Notes: a model not told the origin generated them from the letters alone. DNA of 48,113 nt from a virus (IMGVR_UViG_3300037631_004055:1-48113), one strand, 5' to 3'. Positions 37,558 through 45,210 are shown, numbered from the stretch's first letter. Numbers and translations are program-made.

Positions 37558-38256
37558 CTATTTGCTTACAGACAACCTAGATTGAACCTCCGGGTATTTG
37601 GAAACTTCCTGTTTATCTAGCAGGCTGTACCCGTCCCCCTGTATTGCGGTGTAGTGGTAGAAGTACCCTACAGGAACTTTAAAGTTGTAGGTAGCCCATA
37701 GGTCAAACACATCCCATTTAGTAGTGTCCAAAACCTCCTTTATGCGCGTTAGCTTACTTCCCGGGATTAGATATGCGTGAGCCTCTATGAATGAACCTGC
37801 TTCTTGGTGGCTCTCAAACTCCACTACATCGCCAAAGGGCTTGCCAAAACTAAAGAAGTTCAAGTCGCGGTTTAAACTTAATTCATTAGCCTTTTTCACA
37901 TATTCCGTAAAAGTGGCGGGTTCTGGGATTAAGATAGCATCACACTCAAATATGAGGAACATATCCTCCGTATCCTCGGGAAGTGACGTTATAGCGTCCG
38001 CGTGGGCCCTATAACACCCGTAATGCCCCGGAGAGAGGTAGTAGCCACCAGTGCTAGGATTGTGCCCCGGCTCCATTCCAACGTCCCTAGGACGCGCACA
38101 GGAGTCTTTAGGGGGTAAATCTGTAAAGGGTGGGTTAACTACCTTCGTGTATTCTACCCCATCCAACTTCCCCAACTCAGATATTGAGTTTATGGATGCC
38201 CGCTCTCGGTCAGTCTCTGGCCGCGTCAGGAGGTGGTAGGCCTTTATCAATCCCAT
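37558..38256 (-). CDS. Glycosyltransferase family 25-like
   Basis: R..R near the N-terminus, LSPGHYGCYRAH (cf. GExGCxxSH), LIFECDA (cf. lIlEDD) and AHAYLI. Confidence 0.8.
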   Translation of the reverse strand: MGLIKAYHLLTRPETDRERASINSISELGKLDGVEYTKVVNPPFTDLPPKDSCARPRDVGMEPGHNPSTGGYYLSPGHYGCYRAHADAITSLPEDTEDMFLIFECDAILIPEPATFTEYVKKANELSLNRDLNFFSFGKPFGDVVEFESHQEAGSFIEAHAYLIPGSKLTRIKEVLDTTKWDVFDLWATYNFKVPVGYFYHYTAIQGDGYSLLDKQEVSKYPEVQSRLSVSK

Positions 38257-38975
38257 TTATTCACAGAAGCTACACTTTCCAGTTGCTGTATCCTTGTGTG
38301 CATAGCCCTTCCCGGAACGTGTGCGGCGAACATCCCCGGAAACCATCCCCCATTAGACCCGTGAGAGTCGTCCCCCACAAACCCCTGTATTGGGTACATA
38401 GGGACTACAGTATAAAAGTTATCATCAATCTCCCGGTGGAAATGGTCCATAACACTTTGTTCCCACATGTGCCTTTGTAAGTAACGCTCTACTTTTGGTT
38501 CTTTAGTTACGAGCTCGTATATAAAGTCTAAATGAGATTTAACTGCGTCCGTGTTTTTACAGAACATAAGACCCGAGTTAAACGAACTACAGTACTTAAG
38601 CTCCTCGATGTCCTCCGTCATGAGGATGTTTTCAAAGGGAGTAAACCGCACTAGGTCTTGGATAGTTTTATAGGGGCAGGTTATAAGAACGTCATCATCT
38701 AGCCATACTACCATATTAGACGGTTCCTCCTCCATGGCCTGTTTAATAGCCAGCAACTTACTCCACGCAGGGTGTCTAGAGACATCTAAAGTGTCATCGA
38801 AGGTGCGGAAGTTGTAGCCATGCTTTTTGCAGTAACGCTCCATCACAGGCCATGTGATGTTTCTAAGCTCGGGTCTGTTAGAGAGTGAGACTATGGTAGT
38901 TCCCATACCTGTTTTATTAGCTAGAGACTCAATGTATTCGTTGTAATCCGTATTAGATACGTGATCCGATGGCAT
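38247..38975 (-). CDS. Glycosyltransferase family 34-like (GMA12/MNN10 type)
   Basis: YCKKHGY, HPAWSKLLAI, VWLDDD, FNSGLM, WEQS and F.AHVPG. Confidence 0.82.
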   Translation of the reverse strand: MPSDHVSNTDYNEYIESLANKTGMGTTIVSLSNRPELRNITWPVMERYCKKHGYNFRTFDDTLDVSRHPAWSKLLAIKQAMEEEPSNMVVWLDDDVLITCPYKTIQDLVRFTPFENILMTEDIEELKYCSSFNSGLMFCKNTDAVKSHLDFIYELVTKEPKVERYLQRHMWEQSVMDHFHREIDDNFYTVVPMYPIQGFVGDDSHGSNGGWFPGMFAAHVPGRAMHTRIQQLESVASVNKWD

Positions 38976-39346
38976 TAGAATCTCACAGGTGACAGAATTT
39001 TCCAGTTCGAATTTTCCTTAGGCGTTGGGGGTGGGTCTGTCGCCCTCACCCTAACCCGAGCGATGGCCGAGTTATCCCATTGGATGTATGTATAACCAGA
39101 CATAACGGAATTTTCTGCGGGCCCAATCCAAGAGGCTACCGTGAACCACCCAAAACCATCGAATTCATTCACTTCAAGTATGTAATCATATTCAGAGCCT
39201 GCCGAAACCCACCACATACCAAACACCTGCTCCTCATGGTCGTAGAAGGTCGTCAGGTTTGTTGCGGGTAACTCTTCTGACCTACATAGTCCTGACAAGA
39301 CTACGTAGCAAATTGCAAACCACACCCCTAACCCAAAAAGTCTCAT
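38975..39346 (-). CDS. Exported protein with signal peptide, small beta-sandwich-like domain
   Basis: MRLFGLGVWFAICYVVLSGLCRS-EE signal-like N-terminus; TAATG coupling to the GT34 gene. Confidence 0.6.
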   Translation of the reverse strand: MRLFGLGVWFAICYVVLSGLCRSEELPATNLTTFYDHEEQVFGMWWVSAGSEYDYILEVNEFDGFGWFTVASWIGPAENSVMSGYTYIQWDNSAIARVRVRATDPPPTPKENSNWKILSPVRF

Positions 39347-39747
39347 CCCTCAGGCGTGTTAATAAACAGGGGGAAGTTAGGCCCTTTGGCACCCGCTACG
39401 TTATACCAAAAGTATTCTTCCGCCTCATCCACAGTCATTTCCTTACTAAGGATTTCTATACATTTTTCGATGGAGTAGACGGCGCGTGGGGGGTCTTCCT
39501 CTGCACTAATGCCTAGGAAGGCGCCGTCTAGATCATCGGGAACAATGATCTCTTCGTCAGGCGCTACAGCGTCTGAAAAATCATCAATGTCAGCCCTTTC
39601 CACCGCCCTTGTCCCTGTTAGCCCAAGCTCTAGATTTGGTCGCCTGCTTCTTGGCAGGTGCTCTGTTTGAGGTTTTATCGGTTCCCGGTGGTCTACCGCC
39701 GCCTTTAGATGTGTCTCCGTAATGTGGCATAGATGAAAATCTAGCAC
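39343..39747 (-). CDS. Hypothetical phage protein (DGxDxAxxG...AVYS...AEEYFxYN type); start uncertain
   Basis: Acidic C-terminal domain resembles small proteins common in aquatic phages. The track start (39786) lies inside a terminator hairpin, so GTG 39747 or a later start is preferred. Confidence 0.55.
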   Translation of the reverse strand: MLDFHLCHITETHLKAAVDHREPIKPQTEHLPRSRRPNLELGLTGTRAVERADIDDFSDAVAPDEEIIVPDDLDGAFLGISAEEDPPRAVYSIEKCIEILSKEMTVDEAEEYFWYNVAGAKGPNFPLFINTPEG

Positions 39748-39756
39748 GTTATAGGT

Positions 39757-39794
39757 AAAAGAAAACCCCCCAGTTACGAAAGGCAACTGGGGGG
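39757..39794 (-). terminator. Rho-independent terminator
   Basis: On the minus strand, a CCCCCCAGTT...AACTGGGGGG 10-bp stem followed by TTTTCTTTT. Confidence 0.8.
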
Positions 39795-39864
39795 TGGCTT
39801 AATACCTTTGCTCAAAACCCCTTTTGATTTAGGTCCAGCTACAATATAGAGCTGGTGGTTCTCG

Positions 39865-40200
39865 TCAAGGGGTTGTTGACCCTGAGCTGAAAACCCAGTT
39901 ACATAGCAAGGGGTTGTTCACCAAAACGGTTCTCAGCCCCGTAGCTGTGCGGGATGTAAAGCTCTCCTCACTGGACTCATCTACCAACTCCATGTGAAAA
40001 TGTATGGCGTGCATCATTTCGTGTAATACTACGTCTTTCATAGCGTCAGGGGGCAGGTCATCCCTAACGAAGATAACGTTTTCAGTGGTGTGACACCTAC
40101 CAAGTTCGTCGTCTGACATGACCCCCGTCTTAGTAGACTCCACCTTTATGGTGTATCTGTGGGCCAATATATCTACGTGACGTACGGGTGGGAGACTCAT
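39865..40200 (-). CDS. Small zincin-like metallopeptidase (HExxH)
   Basis: LGRC...IFVR...VVLHEMMHAI...EE. Confidence 0.75.
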   Translation of the reverse strand: MSLPPVRHVDILAHRYTIKVESTKTGVMSDDELGRCHTTENVIFVRDDLPPDAMKDVVLHEMMHAIHFHMELVDESSEESFTSRTATGLRTVLVNNPLLCNWVFSSGSTTP

Positions 40201-40517
40201 CTACGCCTCCTCTTCGCTCTTATACGTGCGGCGGCGGCATTTCTAGCCCCATCTGCCCGGTTCTTGCGCCTACTCCCAAGACCTACAATCTTCCCGTTTT
40301 TATGAATTAAGTCCTTACCGGGGGGAGTGTTGCCGTAGTGACCCATGGCGTGCGCCCTCCTGTTTAGCCCCGCCCGGTAGAGTTTCTTTTTAAGGGAGGA
40401 CTGATCCCTCCTATACTCCTTCTTGTAGTTACGTTTAGCATTTTCCTTAGCCCGGTTTTCGGGGCGGGCTCTACGCCTCCGGGCCCTTGCTTTAGCGGCT
40501 ACTGATTTTACTGGCAT
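40197..40517 (-). CDS. Highly basic protein, degenerate HNH-like
   Basis: RNYKKEY...RAGLNR...GKDLIHKNG...SRRKNRA resembles short podoviral HNH-type proteins but lacks the central Asn segment. Confidence 0.5.
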   Translation of the reverse strand: MPVKSVAAKARARRRRARPENRAKENAKRNYKKEYRRDQSSLKKKLYRAGLNRRAHAMGHYGNTPPGKDLIHKNGKIVGLGSRRKNRADGARNAAAARIRAKRRRR

Positions 40518-40522
40518 AACGT

Positions 40523-40563
40523 ACTTGTGCTGGGGGTAAGGTAACCCCTACCCCCAGACAAGT
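40523..40563. other. Long intergenic hairpin
   Basis: ACTTGT-G-CTGGGGGTA...TACCCCCAG-ACAAGT, 15 bp with one bulge, no clear U-tail. Confidence 0.6.
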
Positions 40564-40581
40564 CACGTATGGATACGGGGC

Positions 40582-40968
40582 TTAGTCCTCGTTTAGCTCC
40601 ATGGAGTCCCCTAGGTCACCGTCTAGCTCATCCCGCAGACCCATTAGGAGGAGCTCGGACAGGTCAATTCCTTGCTCTTTAGCGTCCCTGTAGTCAAAGT
40701 TCAGCTCGACATTGCGCATAAGGAATTTCCTGAAGTTCGGGGGAACGTCTTGTTTTTCAATGGCCCGCACTGCAGGCACAAAGAATTCCACTAGACCCTG
40801 CATAATATCTAACGCCGATAGTTTATGCTCATCCAGCTTTTCCGCTAGGGTCAGTATAAGGGCTTCCGCTATATCGGAGGCCTCACTGGATGCTTCAGCC
40901 TGCCTTAAGGGGCTATCCTCAGGCGGGGAGTCATTTTCGTGGTTTAACATTCTGTTTATGTGTTTCAT
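40582..40968 (-). CDS. Acidic hypothetical protein
   Basis: 128 aa with an ACACCT-ATG start context like neighbouring genes. Confidence 0.65.
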   Translation of the reverse strand: MKHINRMLNHENDSPPEDSPLRQAEASSEASDIAEALILTLAEKLDEHKLSALDIMQGLVEFFVPAVRAIEKQDVPPNFRKFLMRNVELNFDYRDAKEQGIDLSELLLMGLRDELDGDLGDSMELNED

Positions 40969-41146
40969 AGGTGTTTTTGCGTAACCGCTCGCCAGCGATT
41001 AGTCGCCTCATTACGAGGCGAGCTATTTCTGATCCGTCTCCCAAGAGCGTTAAACGATCTCGGAAACGCCAACCCTTCTCAACAGGCTTCCACCCATCCC
41101 ATTGGAGGAGGAGCCTGAATATGAAGAGCATCAGTTTGTCTTTCAT
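40931..41146 (-). CDS. Hypothetical protein
   Basis: 71 aa, TGATG-coupled to the HD gene. Confidence 0.5.
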   Translation of the reverse strand: MKDKLMLFIFRLLLQWDGWKPVEKGWRFRDRLTLLGDGSEIARLVMRRLIAGERLRKNTYETHKQNVKPRK

Positions 41147-41712
41147 CAGTCAGGGAGAACTATGGTAGTTTTCTCTTCTTCCTGCTTCTCGGACCCGGGT
41201 TCTTCCCCCGGGTGGTCTTCCTTTGCAGGGTCTGGAAATGTGACATTATGCCAGTGATCCAAGATGATAGTCTTCGCCTCTTCATACCTCTCCTTAAGAG
41301 AAGCTTTAGCATTCTCTATGTTGTCCTCAATATCGGCCAGCTTCACAAGTGAGGCCAGCGGATTACTGAGGATTTGGGTTTTGATATAGTCGAAGTAAGA
41401 GGCATCCTCCGCGCGTGTGAGGGCTTTTACAGCCTCCAACGCATGGATATTCAGCACTTTCTCCAACTCAGCTTCCGTCACCTCTGTATCTTCAAGCATG
41501 TCGTGGGCAAGAGCCACATCCAACATAAGATGTGGCCCGTTCTGCCTGACAAGTCTCAGAGAACGAGGGTAATGGTCGCAGGGCTCTAACAGCCTGACGA
41601 ACACACGGAAGATGTGTTCTATCTGTGGGTCGGGCTTACCGTCTTCACGGTTACCCTGACGCATTTGCCCTGCATGATACTTAAGTATCAGTTGTAGAAG
41701 TTCAGTATTCAT
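41146..41712 (-). CDS. HD-domain protein, (p)ppGpp hydrolase-like (SpoT/Mesh1, small alarmone hydrolase)
   Basis: HAGQMR...P.IEH..RV, ALAHDMLEDT, V.ALTR and LVKLADIEDN. Confidence 0.85.
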   Translation of the reverse strand: MNTELLQLILKYHAGQMRQGNREDGKPDPQIEHIFRVFVRLLEPCDHYPRSLRLVRQNGPHLMLDVALAHDMLEDTEVTEAELEKVLNIHALEAVKALTRAEDASYFDYIKTQILSNPLASLVKLADIEDNIENAKASLKERYEEAKTIILDHWHNVTFPDPAKEDHPGEEPGSEKQEEEKTTIVLPD

Positions 41713-41717
41713 AGTCG

Positions 41718-41746
41718 TATTTAATCCGAATAAGGTATTGAGTCAA
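41718..41746 (-). promoter_or_regulatory. Putative promoter TTGACT-17bp-TAAATA
   Basis: Near-consensus -35, and shares CGGATTAAATAC with 1445-1456. Confidence 0.55.
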
Positions 41747-41748
41747 CC

Positions 41749-42078
41749 TTATTGGGTGTTGGGTGTTGGGTGTTGGGTGTAGTTGGTCAGGGGAGCAAGC
41801 TTGTACTCACCAGATTCCAATCTGACATGAACGTCCTTCATCGTGACACTAGAGTGGCCACCAAGTTCACCGGACAGCCACCTAGCTAGGTACTTTGAGG
41901 TAGTCTTTGTACGATCACCCTCATACCAGTCTTTATCTATGAGCACCCCAAACTCGCCCTTGAAGGCGATTGTGGTTTGATAGGACTGGAACCACTCCCC
42001 TAAGGCAGTGGTTATGTGGTATTGGTTTGCACTTAAGTCCTCAACGAATGGAGCTATTAGTTTTTCTTCAGTTTGCAT
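41749..42078 (-). CDS. Hypothetical early protein, paralog of 42099-42491
   Basis: Shares TEEKLIAP, ITTxLGEWFQS, AFxGEFGV and SGEYKLAPLTN. Confidence 0.75.
   Translation of the reverse strand: MQTEEKLIAPFVEDLSANQYHITTALGEWFQSYQTTIAFKGEFGVLIDKDWYEGDRTKTTSKYLARWLSGELGGHSSVTMKDVHVRLESGEYKLAPLTNYTQHPTPNTQ
41752..41779 (+). repeat. 7-bp tandem repeat TTGGGTG x4
   Basis: Read directly; fits the G3N4G3N4G3N4G3 pattern. Confidence 0.9.
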
Positions 42079-42098
42079 AGGTATGTTTCCTTTCTTGT

Positions 42099-42491
42099 TT
42101 ATACTTGTGGGAGTTGCTCAGGTTCAATGGCCTGAGTGTTTCCGTAGATTGGCAACCCCAAGTTGGTTAGGGGAGCGAGCTTATACTCACCGGATTTCAC
42201 TTTGGCGCGAAGTTCCGTCACCCCGGGGTCCCCCACAGAACGCCCGCGGTGTCGCTCCAGCCATCCTAGCCATCCACACAGCCATCGGGTGTCGGCCGGA
42301 GTGCGCTCCTCATACTCCCACCAACCTTGGTCTATTATTACCCCAAACTCACCACTAAAGGCAACGGTGGTTCCTTTAGATTGGAACCACTCCCCTAAGG
42401 AAGTGGTTATATTGGATTGGGTTTTGTAGGCGTCGAGGCCGTCTCTAATGTCCATTACGTATGGAGCTATTAGTTTTTCTTCAGTTGTCAT
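42099..42491 (-). CDS. Hypothetical early protein, paralog of 41749-42078
   Basis: Same shared blocks; ATGA overlap at 42488-42491. Confidence 0.75.
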   Translation of the reverse strand: MTTEEKLIAPYVMDIRDGLDAYKTQSNITTSLGEWFQSKGTTVAFSGEFGVIIDQGWWEYEERTPADTRWLCGWLGWLERHRGRSVGDPGVTELRAKVKSGEYKLAPLTNLGLPIYGNTQAIEPEQLPQV

Positions 42492-42706
42492 ATGCATTCT
42501 ATAGGTTCAGTGGTTTCAATCCAAACTTTTGCCCCACAAGAGAGGGGCTTGTCTGGCCTGTAAACCACCTTGGTGTGTTTGTTGATGATGATCTCGCTAC
42601 ACTTGTCATTACTCTTGTAGGTCTTGCAAGTCAGGGGAGGTGTCTGCTCCCCGGTCTTCGCGTTACGCTTAATGATGTGCTGGTTAACATGAATGACTCG
42701 TTTCAT
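42488..42706 (-). CDS. Hypothetical small phage protein (IHVNQH...PLSCGAKVWIET type)
   Basis: SD AAAGGAAA upstream; motif pattern recalled from small aquatic phage proteins. Confidence 0.75.
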   Translation of the reverse strand: MKRVIHVNQHIIKRNAKTGEQTPPLTCKTYKSNDKCSEIIINKHTKVVYRPDKPLSCGAKVWIETTEPIECI

Positions 42707-42723
42707 TTGGTTTCCTTTCTTGT

Positions 42724-42915
42724 TTAGTCGAACTGCTTACCCCACACGTTGAACACGCGGAAGTGCAGTTGACTATGGTTTTCATCGTCCCCGGATAAGT
42801 GGTCGAACTGGTATTCCCAGTTACCTCCGAGTTCCTTTGTCAGGAACTGTTCAAACTTATCTAGGAAGTCTTCAGTCCCATCTACGGGAGTTTCTTGGTT
42901 TTCTTCAGTGGTCAT
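42724..42915 (-). CDS. Small acidic hypothetical protein
   Basis: Preceded by the repeated leader AAGAAAGGAAACATACCT-ATG. Confidence 0.7.
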   Translation of the reverse strand: MTTEENQETPVDGTEDFLDKFEQFLTKELGGNWEYQFDHLSGDDENHSQLHFRVFNVWGKQFD

Positions 42916-42935
42916 AGGTATGTTTCCTTTCTTGG

Positions 42936-43496
42936 TTATTCGTCCACGGAATGTTTCCGCAGGTCTTCTATATTGACGCTCTCCGCGATATGGGACATGT
43001 CCATATCGGGGGCGTCGAATATTTGTATTCTTCCTTTGTAGTCCGTCATCGCCAGCCCGTTCTCATCCGTACGGTAGAACAGGGCATCCCAGACAAGGAC
43101 GGTATTCTTGGGTTTAGGGTGGGCTTTCGCGTGAAGAATCTCACGCTCCCAATCTCGGGGTGCAGGAACTTCGGGAACACAGGTTTTGTGTTCCTTATCT
43201 TCCCAGTCAATGGAGACGGCGAGGACGAGGAGGTCTTCCTCCAAGTTCTTGGGATGGTTGTAATTACCCTCCACTGAATGAACCCCAGTGCCGCAACGTA
43301 TCTTCAGGATCGTGTTGGCACCTTCATCATTCAGCTCCCCTCCATCGTCGGGGCTCCATATGTACTCGACATCAAGAGTCGGGGTATGCTTTATATAAAA
43401 GCATTCTCCAGTCCTTGTGTCCCACACTGGGGGCATCTCTTCTTTCTGCAAGTCCTCACGGATTTGCATTGGGTGGTTATTTATTGGTTTATTCAT
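42936..43496 (-). CDS. Acidic hypothetical protein
   Basis: 186-aa ORF tiling the minus-strand block. Confidence 0.7.
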   Translation of the reverse strand: MNKPINNHPMQIREDLQKEEMPPVWDTRTGECFYIKHTPTLDVEYIWSPDDGGELNDEGANTILKIRCGTGVHSVEGNYNHPKNLEEDLLVLAVSIDWEDKEHKTCVPEVPAPRDWEREILHAKAHPKPKNTVLVWDALFYRTDENGLAMTDYKGRIQIFDAPDMDMSHIAESVNIEDLRKHSVDE

Positions 43497-43506
43497 TTGT
43501 TTAAAG

Positions 43507-43535
43507 TGCCCCCCTCCGAAGAGGGGGGACTTGGT
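43507..43535 (-). promoter_or_regulatory. Repeated intergenic hairpin motif, copy A
   Basis: ACCAAGTCC-CCCCTC-TTCG-GAGGGG-GGCA with a C(UUCG)G loop. Confidence 0.65.
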
Positions 43536-43543
43536 AGGTTTGT

Positions 43544-43756
43544 TTACTGTATACTTACAGTGACTTCGTGTTTGGACGAAGACGCGATGGAGTCAAACTG
43601 CTCATTAGAGAAATAGTCTCCTATTCCTTTCATGATGTAGCCCCCACCGGGTTCTCTCACCCTCAAGAACTTGTTCCTTTTCACAGGCGTAGCCCGTGTA
43701 AGTCGGAAGTTCGAGGCGTTAAGGGTTTTCGGTTTGCTAAATGTTAGCTTTGTCAT
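43544..43756 (-). CDS. Hypothetical protein
   Basis: 70 aa, ATACCT-ATG start context, flanked by motif copies A and B. Confidence 0.65.
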   Translation of the reverse strand: MTKLTFSKPKTLNASNFRLTRATPVKRNKFLRVREPGGGYIMKGIGDYFSNEQFDSIASSSKHEVTVSIQ

Positions 43757-43767
43757 AGGTATAAAAA

Positions 43768-43791
43768 TGCCTCTCTATGAGAGGACTTGGT
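43768..43791 (-). promoter_or_regulatory. Repeated intergenic hairpin motif, copy B
   Basis: ACCAAGTCC-TCTC-ATA-GAGA-GGCA. Confidence 0.65.
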
Positions 43792-43795
43792 TTGT

Positions 43796-44164
43796 TTATT
43801 CGGGAAGGGCAACACCCTTCGCTTCAACTTCCTCATCTGACAAGTCAGATGCGAGGACGTTGATCTCGAAGATATCGCGTACGATAGCTTCAAGTGGTTC
43901 GGCCTCCTTCGACCGAAGGGCACCTAGTCTAGTCATGATCTCTTTGTATCGGATCATGTCATGGTTGGGTGCCTCAGGTTTCTCCTCAAGGATGTCCTTA
44001 AGGGGGACTTCCTTTGAGTTCCCCCTACTACCCTTCTTGCGAAGGGTAATAAGGGGCTCATTGTTTGATAGCCAGAAGGCTTCCGAGTTAGTGAGTGTTA
44101 CTATATAGTCTTCCCCACTAATCTTGGTTTCCCTGACTATTGGTTTGGTTAGTTTAGTTGCCAT
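43796..44164 (-). CDS. Hypothetical protein
   Basis: 122 aa, ATACCT-ATG start context. Confidence 0.7.
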   Translation of the reverse strand: MATKLTKPIVRETKISGEDYIVTLTNSEAFWLSNNEPLITLRKKGSRGNSKEVPLKDILEEKPEAPNHDMIRYKEIMTRLGALRSKEAEPLEAIVRDIFEINVLASDLSDEEVEAKGVALPE

Positions 44165-44184
44165 AGGTATATGGTCGATGAGCC

Positions 44185-45174
44185 TTAGAGGCTCATCATT
44201 TTGGTTATGTCCGCGGCAGTGTTACACACCTCAATTTTCTTGAGGAGCTTCGAAGCGTCCTTCGCCACTTCCTTGCGGGCTTCATTTCCTTCCTCACCTC
44301 TAAGCATATCTACGTCCCAGTGGCAGATAAGCTTGGCTTCATCGACTAACTCCACTATCTCGGAGTTATCCCCGATGCACATATCGGGAAGAATCTCAAT
44401 GAGGTCCTTGATGTTTTCGATGATAGTGTCACTCATGCGACCCCCTTCAGGGTTGTAAGAGTGCATCTTCTTCTTAAGGTCAATCACCACCTTGGCGAGA
44501 CGATCCTTAAGAACTGCGTTGGCTTCGTCAGCCAACCCATCATACTTCTCCTGCAGTTCAGCTTCCAACTCAGAACGAAGGTCGGCAGTTAGCCCCTCCA
44601 TTCCCTGAGTTGCACCGGGACCCGCTAAGGGGTCCTTGCTGAACGTGTAGTATATCTTGTCCGCGACATCTTCAGCCGACATGGTATACCACGCCGCCTG
44701 AGACTTGGACAAGTTATCATAGTGCAGGTTGATGGATGCCTTAGATAATGGACGAATCTCAGACTCCCATCTGCTGACATAGTCCTGCGCAAGGATATCC
44801 CACGCAGTCTTGGACTTGTGCCAGTAGTCCATTACCCTCCAGAAGTTACGTGTTGGAATAACTGTCATTATTCCTCCACGGACTCCCTGCTTCTTACCGA
44901 TAGTCAGGGTGTTATCTGCGAAGAACCTTCGGTTGGCGGAAGCCGCCATCTTCAGGTCCGCAGAGAACTCAGGCTTCAGCAATGTAACTGTACCTGAATC
45001 CACTCCTTCATCGCACTGGAAGGTGTCTCGGAGAACCTTTTGAGCTCCCCGATCCTTCACTTGTGGGTGAGGGTAACTGATACTCATGTTACACATGAGC
45101 AAGTTACCTGTAACAGGAGTGTTGGACTCCTCGGTGTTGGGTGTTGGGTTTTGGGTATATGTTGTTGTAGACAT
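44185..45174 (-). CDS. Helical protein associated with the AAA ATPase (DUF3150-like, tentative)
   Basis: 329-aa helical/coiled-coil protein near a MoxR-type ATPase, an arrangement seen in phage early regions. Family assignment is tentative. Confidence 0.5.
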   Translation of the reverse strand: MSTTTYTQNPTPNTEESNTPVTGNLLMCNMSISYPHPQVKDRGAQKVLRDTFQCDEGVDSGTVTLLKPEFSADLKMAASANRRFFADNTLTIGKKQGVRGGIMTVIPTRNFWRVMDYWHKSKTAWDILAQDYVSRWESEIRPLSKASINLHYDNLSKSQAAWYTMSAEDVADKIYYTFSKDPLAGPGATQGMEGLTADLRSELEAELQEKYDGLADEANAVLKDRLAKVVIDLKKKMHSYNPEGGRMSDTIIENIKDLIEILPDMCIGDNSEIVELVDEAKLICHWDVDMLRGEEGNEARKEVAKDASKLLKKIEVCNTAADITKMMSL

Positions 45175-45186
45175 ATTTGGTATGTT

Positions 45187-45210
45187 TGCCCCCCATTGGA
45201 AGGACTTGGT
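45187..45210 (-). promoter_or_regulatory. Repeated intergenic hairpin motif, copy C
   Basis: ACCAAGTCC-TTCC-AAT-GGGG-GGCA, with two G-U pairs on the minus strand. Confidence 0.6.

Noticed and set aside
41749-42491. Diversity-generating retroelement TR/VR pair
   Set aside because: Differences include indels and all base types rather than adenine-specific changes, and no reverse transcriptase is in the window.
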